In this document: one piece after another, positions 18,129 to 29,000 of the stretch
Layout: each line of letters opens with the position of its first letter
Numbering within the stretch: the first letter of the stretch is position 1
DNA from: Chitinophagaceae bacterium
GTDB taxonomy: Bacteria > Bacteroidota > Bacteroidia > Chitinophagales > Chitinophagaceae
Reading direction: 5' to 3'
Length of the DNA stretch: 64,000 nucleotides
NCBI GenBank assembly: GCA_044353325.1
Contig: JBILCF010000001.1
Coordinates: 5,284-69,283 of the forward strand
Translations under genes and position numbers: made by a program
The notes under the pieces: model-generated
The model's input: the letters and a program-made list of their open reading frames with translations, nothing else
Database searches by the model: none
What the model was told of the DNA's origin: nothing

Positions 18129-18965
18129 ATGACAACAAATTTAGAAAACATAGCTTCTCAAGTTCGACGAGATATTGTACGTATGGTACATGGTGTACAA
18201 AGTGGCCATCCTGGTGGTTCATTGGGTTGTACAGATTTTTTAGTCGCATTATACTTCGAAATCATGAACCATAATCCTAATTTCACAATGGATGGCAAAA
18301 ACGAAGATTTGTTCTTTTTATCTAATGGCCACATTTCACCTGTTTTTTACAGTGTTTTAGCTCGTAGTGGTTATTTTCCTGTATCAGAATTAGCGACGTT
18401 TCGTAAATTGAATACACGTTTGCAAGGTCATCCTGCTACACATGACCATTTGCCGGGTGTGAGGATTGCTAGCGGATCCCTTGGTCAAGGGCTTAGCGTT
18501 GCGATAGGTGCAGCGTTGAGCAAAAAATTAAATGGTGATTCCTCAATTGTTTATTCTTTGCATGGTGATGGGGAGTTACAAGAAGGACAAAACTGGGAAG
18601 CCATACTATTTGCTGCACATCATAAGGTAGATAATATCATAGCTACAGTAGATTATAATGGCCAACAAATCGATGGTAGTACTGCCCATGTCATGAATTT
18701 AGAGAACCTTAAAGACAAATGGCAAGCTTTTGGATGGGAAGTACTAGAAATGGACGGGCATAATATGGAAGAAATTCGCGCTACTATGTCAAAAGCCAAA
18801 TCAATGCTAGGTCAACAAAAACCGATTTGCATTTTGATGAAAACAATTATGGGAAAAGGCATTGACTTTATGGAAGGTACTCACGAATGGCATGGTATTG
18901 CTCCAAACGACGCTCAATTAGCAAGCGCTTTAGCGCAACAACCTGAAACATTAGGCGATTATTAA
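18129..18965 (+). CDS. transketolase, N-terminal (TPP-binding) subunit
   Basis: 278 aa. HPGGSLG, GSLGQGLSVAIG and HGDGELQEGQNWEA motifs belong to the split-transketolase N-terminal section. Confidence 0.85.
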   Translation: MTTNLENIASQVRRDIVRMVHGVQSGHPGGSLGCTDFLVALYFEIMNHNPNFTMDGKNEDLFFLSNGHISPVFYSVLARSGYFPVSELATFRKLNTRLQGHPATHDHLPGVRIASGSLGQGLSVAIGAALSKKLNGDSSIVYSLHGDGELQEGQNWEAILFAAHHKVDNIIATVDYNGQQIDGSTAHVMNLENLKDKWQAFGWEVLEMDGHNMEEIRATMSKAKSMLGQQKPICILMKTIMGKGIDFMEGTHEWHGIAPNDAQLASALAQQPETLGDY

Positions 18966-21439
18966 TGCAGTTTAAGCCATACATATTGACACAAAAATGC
19001 ATTCTTACAGTGCTTTTTGTCGTGTTATGTTTCAACTTATTGGCTCAAAATCAAAACCGAAAATCTCGTATCTTATTTTTGGTTGATGCTTCTTCAAGTA
19101 TGACCTATCCTTGGAATGCTCAAAACAACAGATTTGATGTAGCAACCAATATTATTTTGCAAATAGTTGATAGTGTATATGCTATTAACAATGAAGTTGA
19201 ATTTGCAGTACGCAGTTATGGTACAGAATATCCCGCTCAAGAAAAAAACTGTACAGATACTCGACTAGAAGTACCCTTTAATATTCAAAATGCAATTCAA
19301 ATTAAAAATAGACTGAAGTTTGTCAAACCAATTGGATTCTCACCTATTGCCTATAGTCTAAGACAAGCTTCAGAAAATGAATTGAGCAATACAAATCAAT
19401 ACGATTATAGCATAGTATTTATTACAGATGGAGGTGAAAGTTGTAATGGGGACGTTTGTCAAACATTTAAAGACTTCATAAAAAACAAAATTAAAGTTAC
19501 ACCTTATGTGATAGGCTTAGATAAAAATGAGCAATTAAAAAAATTTTACGATTGTATGGGGATGTATGTCGAAGTAACAAGCCCACCGGACATTATACAA
19601 GCCGTTCAAATGATTGTAAATGCAAACAAAACCTTACTCGTCAAACCGAAACAACTCAATATAAAAACCGTTTATTCCAATACACCAGTAATAAAAGATA
19701 CAACACCAGTCGTAACCCTTCCTAAGCCTAAAATAGAAAATAAAGAAGCAAAATCTAGCTTTTTCCCGATATTGCGTATTGCACGCTATCCTTCAACGAT
19801 AAAAGAGCGTAGTATAATCAATGCAGTTTATGCTATATCGAAAAAAGCTGGTGCGGTAACACTTAAATTTGATTTGGAAGAGGAAAAAATAATAACTCCT
19901 CCACCTGTTCCAAAAATTGATCGTAATAATAAAAAATTACTCGTTTTACAACGTAGTTTTTTCAAGTTTCCTATGCTTGAAAAAGCAAAACTCAAAAGTA
20001 ATACTATACCATATGATGTCGATCAAAAAGTTACTTTACGTTTTGAATTGGAAGAACCTCCTGCAAAAATAATACCACACGATATCAATGTTTATCCTAA
20101 GTTAAAATTATATACTTACATCAAGGATAAATCTTCAAAATTGGTATTTGAAAAAAATAAATTTATCATTTCTACACGAAAAAAAGCCTCACTTAAGTTT
20201 GAGTTAGAAACACCTAGAGATACCTTTGTATATCCAAAACTTAAATTAATTGCAAGCAACATTGAAACCAAAAAAGCTTCAATTCAAAAACCTTCCGCTT
20301 TTGTACAAAAAACTTCAAAAGCTACATTAAAATTTACTTTTGAGGCACCTAGAGATACATTTATAATGCCTAAAATGAAATTGGCTTCTAAAAGTATACA
20401 AACCAATAAATTAGTTTTTGCAAAACCAACATCATTCATCAGTAAGAAAACAATAGCTTCATTACGATTTGAAGAAGAACCCAAAAAAGATACTTTAAAA
20501 AGTTTGGCTATCGGTAAATATCCCAATCGATATTCTTTTGCATTTCGATTACCACAACCTTATATTCCGAAAAATAGAGGAAAAGCATTATTGCTTTTTG
20601 TAGTGAATGAACCACTCAAAAAGAAAGATACAATATTTGCTAAACCAACATCCATACCTGTCGGAACAGAAATAGAGTTTACGACTGAAACAGAAAATAA
20701 TGATGAAACAGAAGTACAGATTTATTTTAAAGGACCAAACCGTAAAGCTTATTTAAAAGCTAAACCTGAAATTGAAATTTGGGATCCTGTCACAAAAAAA
20801 TTAGTATTATCATTCAAACGCGAAATGAGCGGTATAGAACCTGTACCACAAAAAATACCCCCAGGAAAATACAATATAACGGTAAAAGGTCAAAACGATT
20901 TAACCAGTAGCAACGTATTAATTGTAGCCAACAAAACTAACAAAGTTTTTATCAAGGTAACAGACGGCACTTTATCTTTTGCTTATATGGGTAACCTGAA
21001 TCGACCAATGACCGAGTATACAGCTATAGTAAATAGAAGGTTTGCTGCAGGTGCTACAGTTTTACAAAAATGTTCTGACCGTCTTTTTTACGAACCTGGT
21101 ACTTATTATATTGAAGTGAATACACTTCCAGCAAGTAAACATAGCCTTGATTTATCTTTTGGTGCTGTGCATGAAATTCAAATACCCGAACCTGGTACTC
21201 TCCAAATTACCAATACTTCTGCATATGGCAAAATTCAGTTACAATGCGTAGCTGGTGATCAATTTCTAACATTTTTAACCTTAAACATAACAGGTAATAC
21301 GGTAGATCAGCGATTAGATTTATTACCAGGTGTATACAAGGCTATCATACCAGCAAATCCTGGAATACCTCAAGCAGGTACTAAGGTTATTGATTTTAGA
21401 ATATTCTCTAATAAAGAAACACCAGTAGAGTTGGAATAA
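18965..21439 (+). CDS. von Willebrand factor A domain protein with internal repeats
   Basis: 824 aa. Signal peptide. MIDAS-like ILFLVDASSSM and FITDGGES. Six ~45-59-aa repeats in the centre. Start overlaps the tkt stop (TAATG). Confidence 0.7.
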   Translation: MQFKPYILTQKCILTVLFVVLCFNLLAQNQNRKSRILFLVDASSSMTYPWNAQNNRFDVATNIILQIVDSVYAINNEVEFAVRSYGTEYPAQEKNCTDTRLEVPFNIQNAIQIKNRLKFVKPIGFSPIAYSLRQASENELSNTNQYDYSIVFITDGGESCNGDVCQTFKDFIKNKIKVTPYVIGLDKNEQLKKFYDCMGMYVEVTSPPDIIQAVQMIVNANKTLLVKPKQLNIKTVYSNTPVIKDTTPVVTLPKPKIENKEAKSSFFPILRIARYPSTIKERSIINAVYAISKKAGAVTLKFDLEEEKIITPPPVPKIDRNNKKLLVLQRSFFKFPMLEKAKLKSNTIPYDVDQKVTLRFELEEPPAKIIPHDINVYPKLKLYTYIKDKSSKLVFEKNKFIISTRKKASLKFELETPRDTFVYPKLKLIASNIETKKASIQKPSAFVQKTSKATLKFTFEAPRDTFIMPKMKLASKSIQTNKLVFAKPTSFISKKTIASLRFEEEPKKDTLKSLAIGKYPNRYSFAFRLPQPYIPKNRGKALLLFVVNEPLKKKDTIFAKPTSIPVGTEIEFTTETENNDETEVQIYFKGPNRKAYLKAKPEIEIWDPVTKKLVLSFKREMSGIEPVPQKIPPGKYNITVKGQNDLTSSNVLIVANKTNKVFIKVTDGTLSFAYMGNLNRPMTEYTAIVNRRFAAGATVLQKCSDRLFYEPGTYYIEVNTLPASKHSLDLSFGAVHEIQIPEPGTLQITNTSAYGKIQLQCVAGDQFLTFLTLNITGNTVDQRLDLLPGVYKAIIPANPGIPQAGTKVIDFRIFSNKETPVELE
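19853..20690 (+). repeat. six coding repeats of 43-59 aa inside the vWA protein
   Basis: Units start at AVTLKFDLEE, VTLRFELEE, ASLKFELETPRDTFVYPKLKL, ATLKFTFEAPRDTFIMPKMKL, ASLRFEEEPKKDT and ALLLFVVNEP. Confidence 0.65.
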
Positions 21440-21449
21440 TTTCCTTCTT

Positions 21450-21800
21450 TAATCAAAGTATATTTAAGGACATTTAGGATTAATGCCTTATATCTTGTTT
21501 CATTCATTTTCATAAAACCATGTTCAGCATTCGAAATACTAAAACGAATATGTATTTGTAATTCAGCATTTTGCAACATCTGCAAACACCGACCGGGACA
21601 GGTGAGGTAAACCCAACCAACATACTAGAATTTTCGTTCCTCAAATCAAATCGTTTAATTTGGTTTAAACTTGAAATAATACCGATGTGAAACATGTAAT
21701 AATCCAATGATCGTTTCTTCAATATCATTGCTCCACATTGCGATGCCGTCAAAACGGAGTCCCGAAACATCGGGACAACTCCGCATCATAATTTTCCAGA
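21450..21800 (-). pseudogene. possible frameshifted remnant of an alpha/beta hydrolase C-terminus
   Basis: Three short minus-strand ORFs in different frames read in series: GLRFDGIAMWSNDIEE.., ..MLVGFTSPVPV.., ..ELQIHIRFSISNAEHGFM. The last two resemble the xxD..vP...L...v.l..y..a.HGF end of serine hydrolases. No intact gene. Confidence 0.3.
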
Positions 21801-21811
21801 CGCTTGTAAAC

Positions 21812-21842
21812 AAAAAAAAAGAGGCTGCAATGTGCAACCTCT
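21812..21842 (-). terminator. intrinsic terminator of rpsA
   Basis: Minus strand reads agaggttgca-cat-tgcagcctct followed by nine T. Confidence 0.7.
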
Positions 21843-21869
21843 TTTCTATAATTGAATGTTAGAAAAAAA

Positions 21870-23693
21870 CTATTCGTTATTCCCTTCCATTTTTTTCTTC
21901 AAATCTGCCAAAGCACCAATATCACCTAAGGTAGCTTTTTCTACTTTAGCTTGGATATTTTTAACTGCTTTTTTAGTTGTATCTGCTTCGATTCCAGCTT
22001 CTTTGCGAGCTACTTCTTTTTCTTCTTCTATTTCATGTTCCCATACTTTTGCATGCGAAACCATGATACGTTTTTCGTTGCGGTCAAACTCAAGAATCAT
22101 AAATTTGTTAGTTTCTTCAACAGCAATCATTTTTTCATCTTGTTTTTTCAAGTGACGTGTAGGAGCAAATGCTTCTAAACCATATTGCAATTGGATAATT
22201 CCACCTTTTTCTTCTTTACGAATCATCACACCATCGTGTAAAGAACCAATTGGGAATACACTTTCAAATGTGTTCCATGGATCTTCTTCGATTTGTTTGT
22301 GACCTAATGAAAGTTTACGTGTTTCTTTATCTACACCTAGTACAGCTACATCTAATACTTCACCTACTTTAGTGAAATCACTAGGATGGTTGAAACGCTT
22401 AACCCAGCTCAAATCAGAGATATGAATCATACCACCAATACCAGATTCCAATTCAACGAAAACACCGTATGGAGTTAAGTTTTTAACAGTTCCTTTGTGT
22501 TGAGAACCTACTGCAAATTTACTTTCGATTTCATCCCAAGGATCTTGAGTCATTTTTTTGATAGAAAGACTCATTTTGCGATCGTCTTTATCGATAGATA
22601 CGATCATTGCTTCATGCTCTTCACCCATTTTGAAGTATTCCTTCGCATTGATAGGTTGGTTGCTCCAAGTTATTTCAGAAACGTGTACAAGACCTTCGAT
22701 ACCAGGCTCCATTTCTAAGAATGCGCCATAATCTTCGATATTGACAACTTTACCTTTCACTTTGTTACCTTCTACTACGTAGTCTGGTAAGCTATCCCAA
22801 GGATGAGGAGTCAATTGTTTCAAGCCTAAAGAGATCCGTTTTTTCTCATCATCAAAATCCAATACTGCAACGTTCAATTTTTGACCATTTTGCAATACTT
22901 CACTTGGATGATTGATACGACCCCAAGAAATATCTGTGATATATAATAAACCATCTAAACCACCTAAATCGATAAATGCACCGAAGTCTGTTACGTTTTT
23001 GATTGTTCCTTCCAATACTTGACCTTTCTCTAATTTAGAGATGATTTCAGTACGTTGTGCTTCTATATCGCTTTCAATCAAAGCTTTGTGAGAAACAACT
23101 GCATTGCGGATAATTTCGTTGATTTTTACAACTTTAAATTCCATTGTTTTGTTTACAAACTGATCGTAATCCGTAATCGGTTTCACATCAATTTGAGAAC
23201 CAGGTAAGAATGTTTCCATACCGAATAAATCAACGATCAAACCACCTTTGGTTTTTGATGTTACATATCCAGTTACGATTTCGCCCGTTTTGTATACGTC
23301 TACAATACGCTCCCAAGCACGTTGTTGGCGAGCTAATTTGCGACTTAAATGTAAATGTCCTTCGCGATCTTCTTTCTCTACGATTAATACTTCTACTTCA
23401 TCACCAACTTTTACATTTGGCAAATCACGAAATTCGTTTAAAGAAATTAAACCATCACTTTTGTAACCAATGTTTACAACAGCATCAGTTTTGGTCAATC
23501 CTACGATAGCGCCCATCACCATTTCATTGTTGTTTACGGCTTGAAAAGTTTGTTCGTACTGTTTGTCGTACGTTTCACGATCATTTTGGTTGTAAGTGGA
23601 TACGTTACGTTTGTCTACGCTCCAATCAAAATCATCATGTGCTCCAGCTTGACCAGCTGATAGGTTTTGGTCGAATAATGTTGTTTCTTCCAT
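21870..23693 (-). CDS. rpsA: 30S ribosomal protein S1
   Basis: Start trimmed from TTG 23774 to ATG 23693 (MEETTLFDQ). Six S1 RNA-binding repeats (e.g. GxVxxVxxFGAFIDLGG-type motifs). Confidence 0.9.
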   Translation of the reverse strand: MEETTLFDQNLSAGQAGAHDDFDWSVDKRNVSTYNQNDRETYDKQYEQTFQAVNNNEMVMGAIVGLTKTDAVVNIGYKSDGLISLNEFRDLPNVKVGDEVEVLIVEKEDREGHLHLSRKLARQQRAWERIVDVYKTGEIVTGYVTSKTKGGLIVDLFGMETFLPGSQIDVKPITDYDQFVNKTMEFKVVKINEIIRNAVVSHKALIESDIEAQRTEIISKLEKGQVLEGTIKNVTDFGAFIDLGGLDGLLYITDISWGRINHPSEVLQNGQKLNVAVLDFDDEKKRISLGLKQLTPHPWDSLPDYVVEGNKVKGKVVNIEDYGAFLEMEPGIEGLVHVSEITWSNQPINAKEYFKMGEEHEAMIVSIDKDDRKMSLSIKKMTQDPWDEIESKFAVGSQHKGTVKNLTPYGVFVELESGIGGMIHISDLSWVKRFNHPSDFTKVGEVLDVAVLGVDKETRKLSLGHKQIEEDPWNTFESVFPIGSLHDGVMIRKEEKGGIIQLQYGLEAFAPTRHLKKQDEKMIAVEETNKFMILEFDRNEKRIMVSHAKVWEHEIEEEKEVARKEAGIEADTTKKAVKNIQAKVEKATLGDIGALADLKKKMEGNNE

Positions 23694-23771
23694 GTTTTGT
23701 TTTTTAATGGCGGTGTTTCTCCCTTTCAACGAAACCCCAACCTTGTGAATAAAATAAGTGCGAAAGGGGCG

Positions 23772-23802
23772 CAAAGGTAACTTTAATTTTAATTAATGTC
23801 AA
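23772..23802 (-). promoter_or_regulatory. Bacteroidota sigma-A-type promoter of rpsA
   Basis: Minus strand reads TTG-N20-TACCTTTG. The extended box TTACCTTTGCGC-y-CCTTT is nearly identical to the rplM promoter. Confidence 0.6.
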
Positions 23803-23828
23803 AAAAAAACCGCTCAAATAGAGCGGTT
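23801..23828 (-). terminator. intrinsic terminator of the SusC/SusD/lipoprotein unit
   Basis: Minus strand reads aaccgctc-tattt-gagcggtt followed by nine T. The T-run abuts the rpsA -33 element. Confidence 0.7.
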
Positions 23829-23850
23829 TAATTGTATAAACTAGTTAATC

Positions 23851-24504
23851 TTATTGATTACTCTTAATAAATGTACGTTGTGCAGGTCCAAACGATGCAT
23901 TACGAACCGCCCAAGTGATCGTAGTATCGGTTGAAGTAGGTATAATTTTTGCGTTAACACAAAACATGTCACCAGCTGTAGTTGGTTGAACTGGCACTAC
24001 TAATGTAGAATCGTCTAATTGACCAAAATATACAGTGATTGCAAATGCAGAAGGTAAGGGCACACCACCAACATTATCAGTTTTGTATAACCCTGTAGCT
24101 ACTTTTTCTACATTCATTGGAGAATTATTTGTATTTCTAAAATAAGTTCCTGAATTGTCTAAAGTAGAGTCAATATTCGTAACTAAAACAAATCGAGTGC
24201 CTGTATTGATGTAACCATTAGAGTTTTTAAATTTGTATTGAACAGTATAAAAACCAGGTGTTGTAGGATCGATATCGTTTGTAATTTCTATTGCTTCCAA
24301 TTGTTCATTTAAAACTGTATCTTCAGCTGTTGCACCTAAATCGGTAAAAGAACCACCAACAGGAATGCTTACAAACTGTGGTCCTGTGATCGTTATAACT
24401 GGATATGATGCAGTAACTATTCTAGATACTAAATCTGGACTTTTCTTTTTGCAACCTACAGAAACTGCGACAATGGCTGCTATGACTATGATTATTTTTT
24501 TCAT
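23851..24504 (-). CDS. hypothetical lipoprotein (possibly DUF5011/Ig-like) downstream of SusD
   Basis: 217 aa. Lipobox AVSVGC. ITITGPQFVSIPVGGSFTDLGATAED resembles Ig-like DUF5011 segments. Third gene of the SusC/SusD unit. Confidence 0.5.
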   Translation of the reverse strand: MKKIIIVIAAIVAVSVGCKKKSPDLVSRIVTASYPVITITGPQFVSIPVGGSFTDLGATAEDTVLNEQLEAIEITNDIDPTTPGFYTVQYKFKNSNGYINTGTRFVLVTNIDSTLDNSGTYFRNTNNSPMNVEKVATGLYKTDNVGGVPLPSAFAITVYFGQLDDSTLVVPVQPTTAGDMFCVNAKIIPTSTDTTITWAVRNASFGPAQRTFIKSNQ

Positions 24505-24529
24505 TTCGTTATTATTTTAATAATTAAAA

Positions 24530-26017
24530 TTAATTGATATCCCACCAAACTCTTTTTTCAACTGATTTCACACCAGGGAAACTAGAATTACGGTTAATTT
24601 CATCCGTTGGATACAAGAAGCGTGCTGGACGTTGAGTGCCGATCAATGAGTTAACAGAAATAACTAAGAAATCAGGGTATCCTGTTCTTCTCCATTCTGT
24701 CCATGCTTCAAAGCCTTGGTTTCCACACATACTAAACCATTTTTGCGTAATAATATGACGTACTTTTTCTTGTGTTGTTCCTGCTACTGGATAAACACCC
24801 CAATTAGTACTGTCTTTGTAATATGAAATTTCAGCTGCGTCAGCAACACCATAAGCTTCAAAACTTGCATCAATTGCTGAGGAGTATAAAGCAGCATCAT
24901 CTCCTGCAGACCAACCTCTTGCTGCTGCTTCTGACTGTAATAACAAACTTTCATAAGAGGAAAGCAATCTTACAGGTGCAGCTGCTGAATTTTCATTTGT
25001 TGCTTCACCTGCAACGTTTGAACTTGGAATAGACTTACCAGTTGCACTTGTTGAATTTGCGAAATCTCCTTGTTTAATACCGACAACCGTTCCTGCAGAT
25101 GTAGGTTTGTAGAATACAAATACACGTGGATCAAAATTTGAATTCATACTATCAACGCAAGTACTACTTGCATATAAATTTTGAGTTTTACTTAATCCTA
25201 CCATTTCAGAATACAATGGATTTTGACTACCACCATCAGTTGTAAACGCAACTTTAGCATCTTCTCCCTCTGCTGCAATATAGCCTAAAAACTTAGAATC
25301 TGATTCGATTGTTGCTATGATAGCTTGTGCTCTTGAAGGATTGATTTCAGACATACGCATAGCAACTTTTAATTTTAATGTGCTAGCAAACATCATCCAA
25401 TGTGCCATATCTCCTTGATAAATTAAATCATCGTTGCCAGGATGTGCTGCTGTTTCAATATCAATTAAAGAAATCGCTTCGTCTATTTGAGCTACGATAC
25501 CTTCATACACAACTGATTCCATATCGTACTTAGGATTTACGATAGCTCCATCTGCTTCCAATGCTTTTAACGCCTCGGAATAAGGTGCTTCTCCCCAAGC
25601 ATCGACAATCATTTGATAGGTGTAAGCAGTTAATAATCTTGACACAGCCATATACTGCTTGCTGTTTTTAGATTTAGCCTTGCTATACACATATTGCAAA
25701 TCAGTCAACGCATCGCTGTACAATAAACGCCAAGAATTGTTGTAATTATCCGTTGATGGTTGATATTGATCATACTGTTTGTATTGGTTTGCCAAAGGTG
25801 ATTGTGTCCAATATTGTGCCCAAAAACTACCATTCACTTGAAATTGATTTCCAAGTACATGCGCAATTGCAACTTGTGCAGATGGCAAAACTAAATCAAC
25901 TTCTAAGTCAGTTGCTATGTTAGGATTCGTATTGACATCTAAGAATTTTTTACACCCTGTAAAACTTAAGGCTCCAAGAGCGATAAGGAAGTATATTTTT
26001 ATTGTTGAGTATTTCAT
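24530..26017 (-). CDS. SusD/RagB family nutrient-binding outer-membrane lipoprotein
   Basis: 495 aa. Lipobox SFTGC. TPR-like helical composition. Lies immediately downstream of SusC. C-terminal WWDIN-type ending. Confidence 0.85.
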   Translation of the reverse strand: MKYSTIKIYFLIALGALSFTGCKKFLDVNTNPNIATDLEVDLVLPSAQVAIAHVLGNQFQVNGSFWAQYWTQSPLANQYKQYDQYQPSTDNYNNSWRLLYSDALTDLQYVYSKAKSKNSKQYMAVSRLLTAYTYQMIVDAWGEAPYSEALKALEADGAIVNPKYDMESVVYEGIVAQIDEAISLIDIETAAHPGNDDLIYQGDMAHWMMFASTLKLKVAMRMSEINPSRAQAIIATIESDSKFLGYIAAEGEDAKVAFTTDGGSQNPLYSEMVGLSKTQNLYASSTCVDSMNSNFDPRVFVFYKPTSAGTVVGIKQGDFANSTSATGKSIPSSNVAGEATNENSAAAPVRLLSSYESLLLQSEAAARGWSAGDDAALYSSAIDASFEAYGVADAAEISYYKDSTNWGVYPVAGTTQEKVRHIITQKWFSMCGNQGFEAWTEWRRTGYPDFLVISVNSLIGTQRPARFLYPTDEINRNSSFPGVKSVEKRVWWDIN

Positions 26018-26036
26018 AATTTCTAATTAATTAATT

Positions 26037-29000
26037 TTAGAAGGTTAAACCTAATTTGAATCCATAATTGCGTAATGAAGGACGAGCACTGAAATCAAAG
26101 CCTTGCTCATTTGATGCTCCACCTGAGTTAACTTCAGGATCTACAAAGTCATTTCCTCTGTTAGTCCAAATCACTAAGTTATTTCCAAATACAGATAAGT
26201 TACCTGAACCAATAAATGTTTTGTTGAACCATTTTTGTGGTAACTTATAACCTATTGCAACCTCACGCAATTTGATATAACCTGCTTTGATCAAATCTTG
26301 ACTTGCTGCTTTTACGTTAGCAGAAGTATAATAAGTATATGGATCTGTAGTAAATCGGTTATTCTCAATGTATTCGCCAGGATTAGCTCCTTCGTAAACT
26401 GAGTTTTCCCATATAAACCCTTGTCTGTCATTGATTAATGTAGATGGTGTTACACCAACAAACTCCAAAATGTCTTTGGTACGAGAGTACATATAACCAC
26501 CTTGTTTGGTATCAAACAAAAATGACATCGATAAACCACGTACCGTGAAGCTAGATCCCCAAGATGCAATGAATTTAGGTTGATAAGAACCTAAATAAAC
26601 TGGATTTGCAGTTGATTTCGGATTTCCTGTAACAGTATCGATAATTTGACGCCCTTTTTCATCTTTTTTCAAATCAATAGCATAGAATGTACCAAAAGGT
26701 TTGCCTACAGCAGCAACGATGCTCATGCCAGAAAAGCCTCCTATGACGAGTTGATCTACACCTCCTTCCAATGAAAGTACTGTATTTTTGTTACGTGTAT
26801 AAGTTCCAAAGACGTCCCAACGTAAACCTTTTTTCTTGATTGGACTAAAACGTAATCCTAATTCAACACCTCTGTTTTCAATTTCTCCAGCATTTACAAA
26901 TCTGGATGTAAAACCTGATGAAGGTGCAGTTGGTACTGGAATGATTTGATCTTTAGTTAAATTTCTATAGACTGTAACATCCAATGAAATGCGATCGTTG
27001 AAAAAAGCAAGGTCCAAACCTAATTCACGTCCAATGGAACGCTCAGGTCGTAAATTTGGATTTCCTACTCTTCCTTGGTACGTAAAACCAGGAACACCAT
27101 TTACAGGGAAAATGTTTGAACCGAATCCGCTATTTAAATCTGTTGTTACAAAACCAGGATTATTATTTGCATATGCTGGTGCATCGTTACCTACAGCAGA
27201 TAAGTTACCACGCAATTTACCATAACTCAATACTTTCTTAGCTGCATCGGATAAATGTTGACTAAATAACCAAGAAGCTGAAGCCGATGGATAGAAATAC
27301 GAACGATTTCCTTCAGCTAATGTAGAACTCCAGTCATTACGGCCAGTTAATTCAAGAAAGAAAAATTGATCGAAATTCATATTCAAGGTACCATACACGC
27401 CAATTTTACGGTTTTGAGTCAAAATATTTTCTGATTCAATTTTACTTGTAGCATTACCAAAGTTGTAATAGTTTTCGACCACAAGACCATTTGTTGTCGG
27501 ATCTATGTTTGAAGATAAGAAATTAGTACGACGACTTACCATAGAGTGACCCAATAAACCATTAATACCTAATTTATCAATTTGATAATTGATATTTAAC
27601 ATCAAATCGTTGAAGTAGTTCATTAAATTATCTGTAGACTCATAGTAACCACCATTCATAGATTTTGGCGAACCAGACCACAATTCTTCATAGGCTACTG
27701 AATTTAATTTAGGTGATTTCAAATACGTACGATCTGATAATGCTTCTCCACCTAAACGATTGGTCAATGTGAAATGTTGATTTATTTTCCAACCCACTGT
27801 AGTTTGACCAAACATACGATCATATCTGTTTCTATTGTCATAGTATTTGGCAACCCAATACGGATTTTCAGTATATGCACCATAATAACCATATCGTCTT
27901 GTTCCGCTACTATCAATTCCTCCCATAGAGTTAAATGGATCCTCAAGGTTAGCTAATTCAGCTATAGGTATATCACGCGGTTGTTGAGCAACATTGTTCC
28001 AAACTGAACCTCCACCTTGACCACCCTGATCCATACGAGAGCTACCATTAATGTAGTTTATACTCATAGAGCTAAAGAAGTTATTGTTGAATTCGTGATT
28101 TCCGTTGAAACGAATACTATAACGATCCAAGAACGTATTTTCAATAACACCTTTACTGTTCAATGAATTAAACGCTAAAAAGTAATTACTTTTATCATTT
28201 CCTCCACCTACCGAAAGGTTGTTTTCCCATGCTTGACCTCTATTGAAGAAATCTCTCACGTTATTTTCAACTGGGCTGTATGGTTTTACTTTTTGTTGAC
28301 CATTGATAATTTGACCCCAAGGACGTACTTGACCATCAAATGGTAATCCCCAACTGAAGTTTTCTCTTCTATCGTCAAAAACCCCATTCAAATCACCTTG
28401 CCCATAACTGTTTTGGAAGGTAGGATATTTCAAAACATTCGACCATGTGTAACCTGTAGAAAAGCTGATTTCATTTTTTCCAGCTTTACCTTTCAATTTA
28501 CCTGATTTAGTCGTAATCATGATAGCACCATTGGCACCTTCAGAACCATATAAAGCAGTCGCTGCAGGTCCTTTCAAAACAGACATACTTTCGATGTCAT
28601 CCGGATTGATATCATTACCCCGGTTACCAAAGTCAATTTGTTGTAAACTATTGGCTTGTGTTCTATTGCCGTTATTCAATGGAATACCATCCACAACAAT
28701 TAAGGCATTGTTATTACCAGTAATTGATTTCTCACCACGAATAACAACGCGTGTAGAACCACCAGGTCCGCCGGTTGAACTTGTTACGTTCACACCAGAA
28801 ACTTTACCAGTTAAAGCACTTAAAGCACTTGTATTATTACCTCTATTAATTTCTTCGCTGCCTAATGTAGCCGTTGCATAACCTAAACTAGATTTTTCAC
28901 GTTTAATAGCTTGAGCAGTTACAACGGTTTCGCGAATAGATTGTTGATCGCCTGCCATTTTAATGCTCATACCATCACGAGCTGTTTTTTCAGCTGATTT

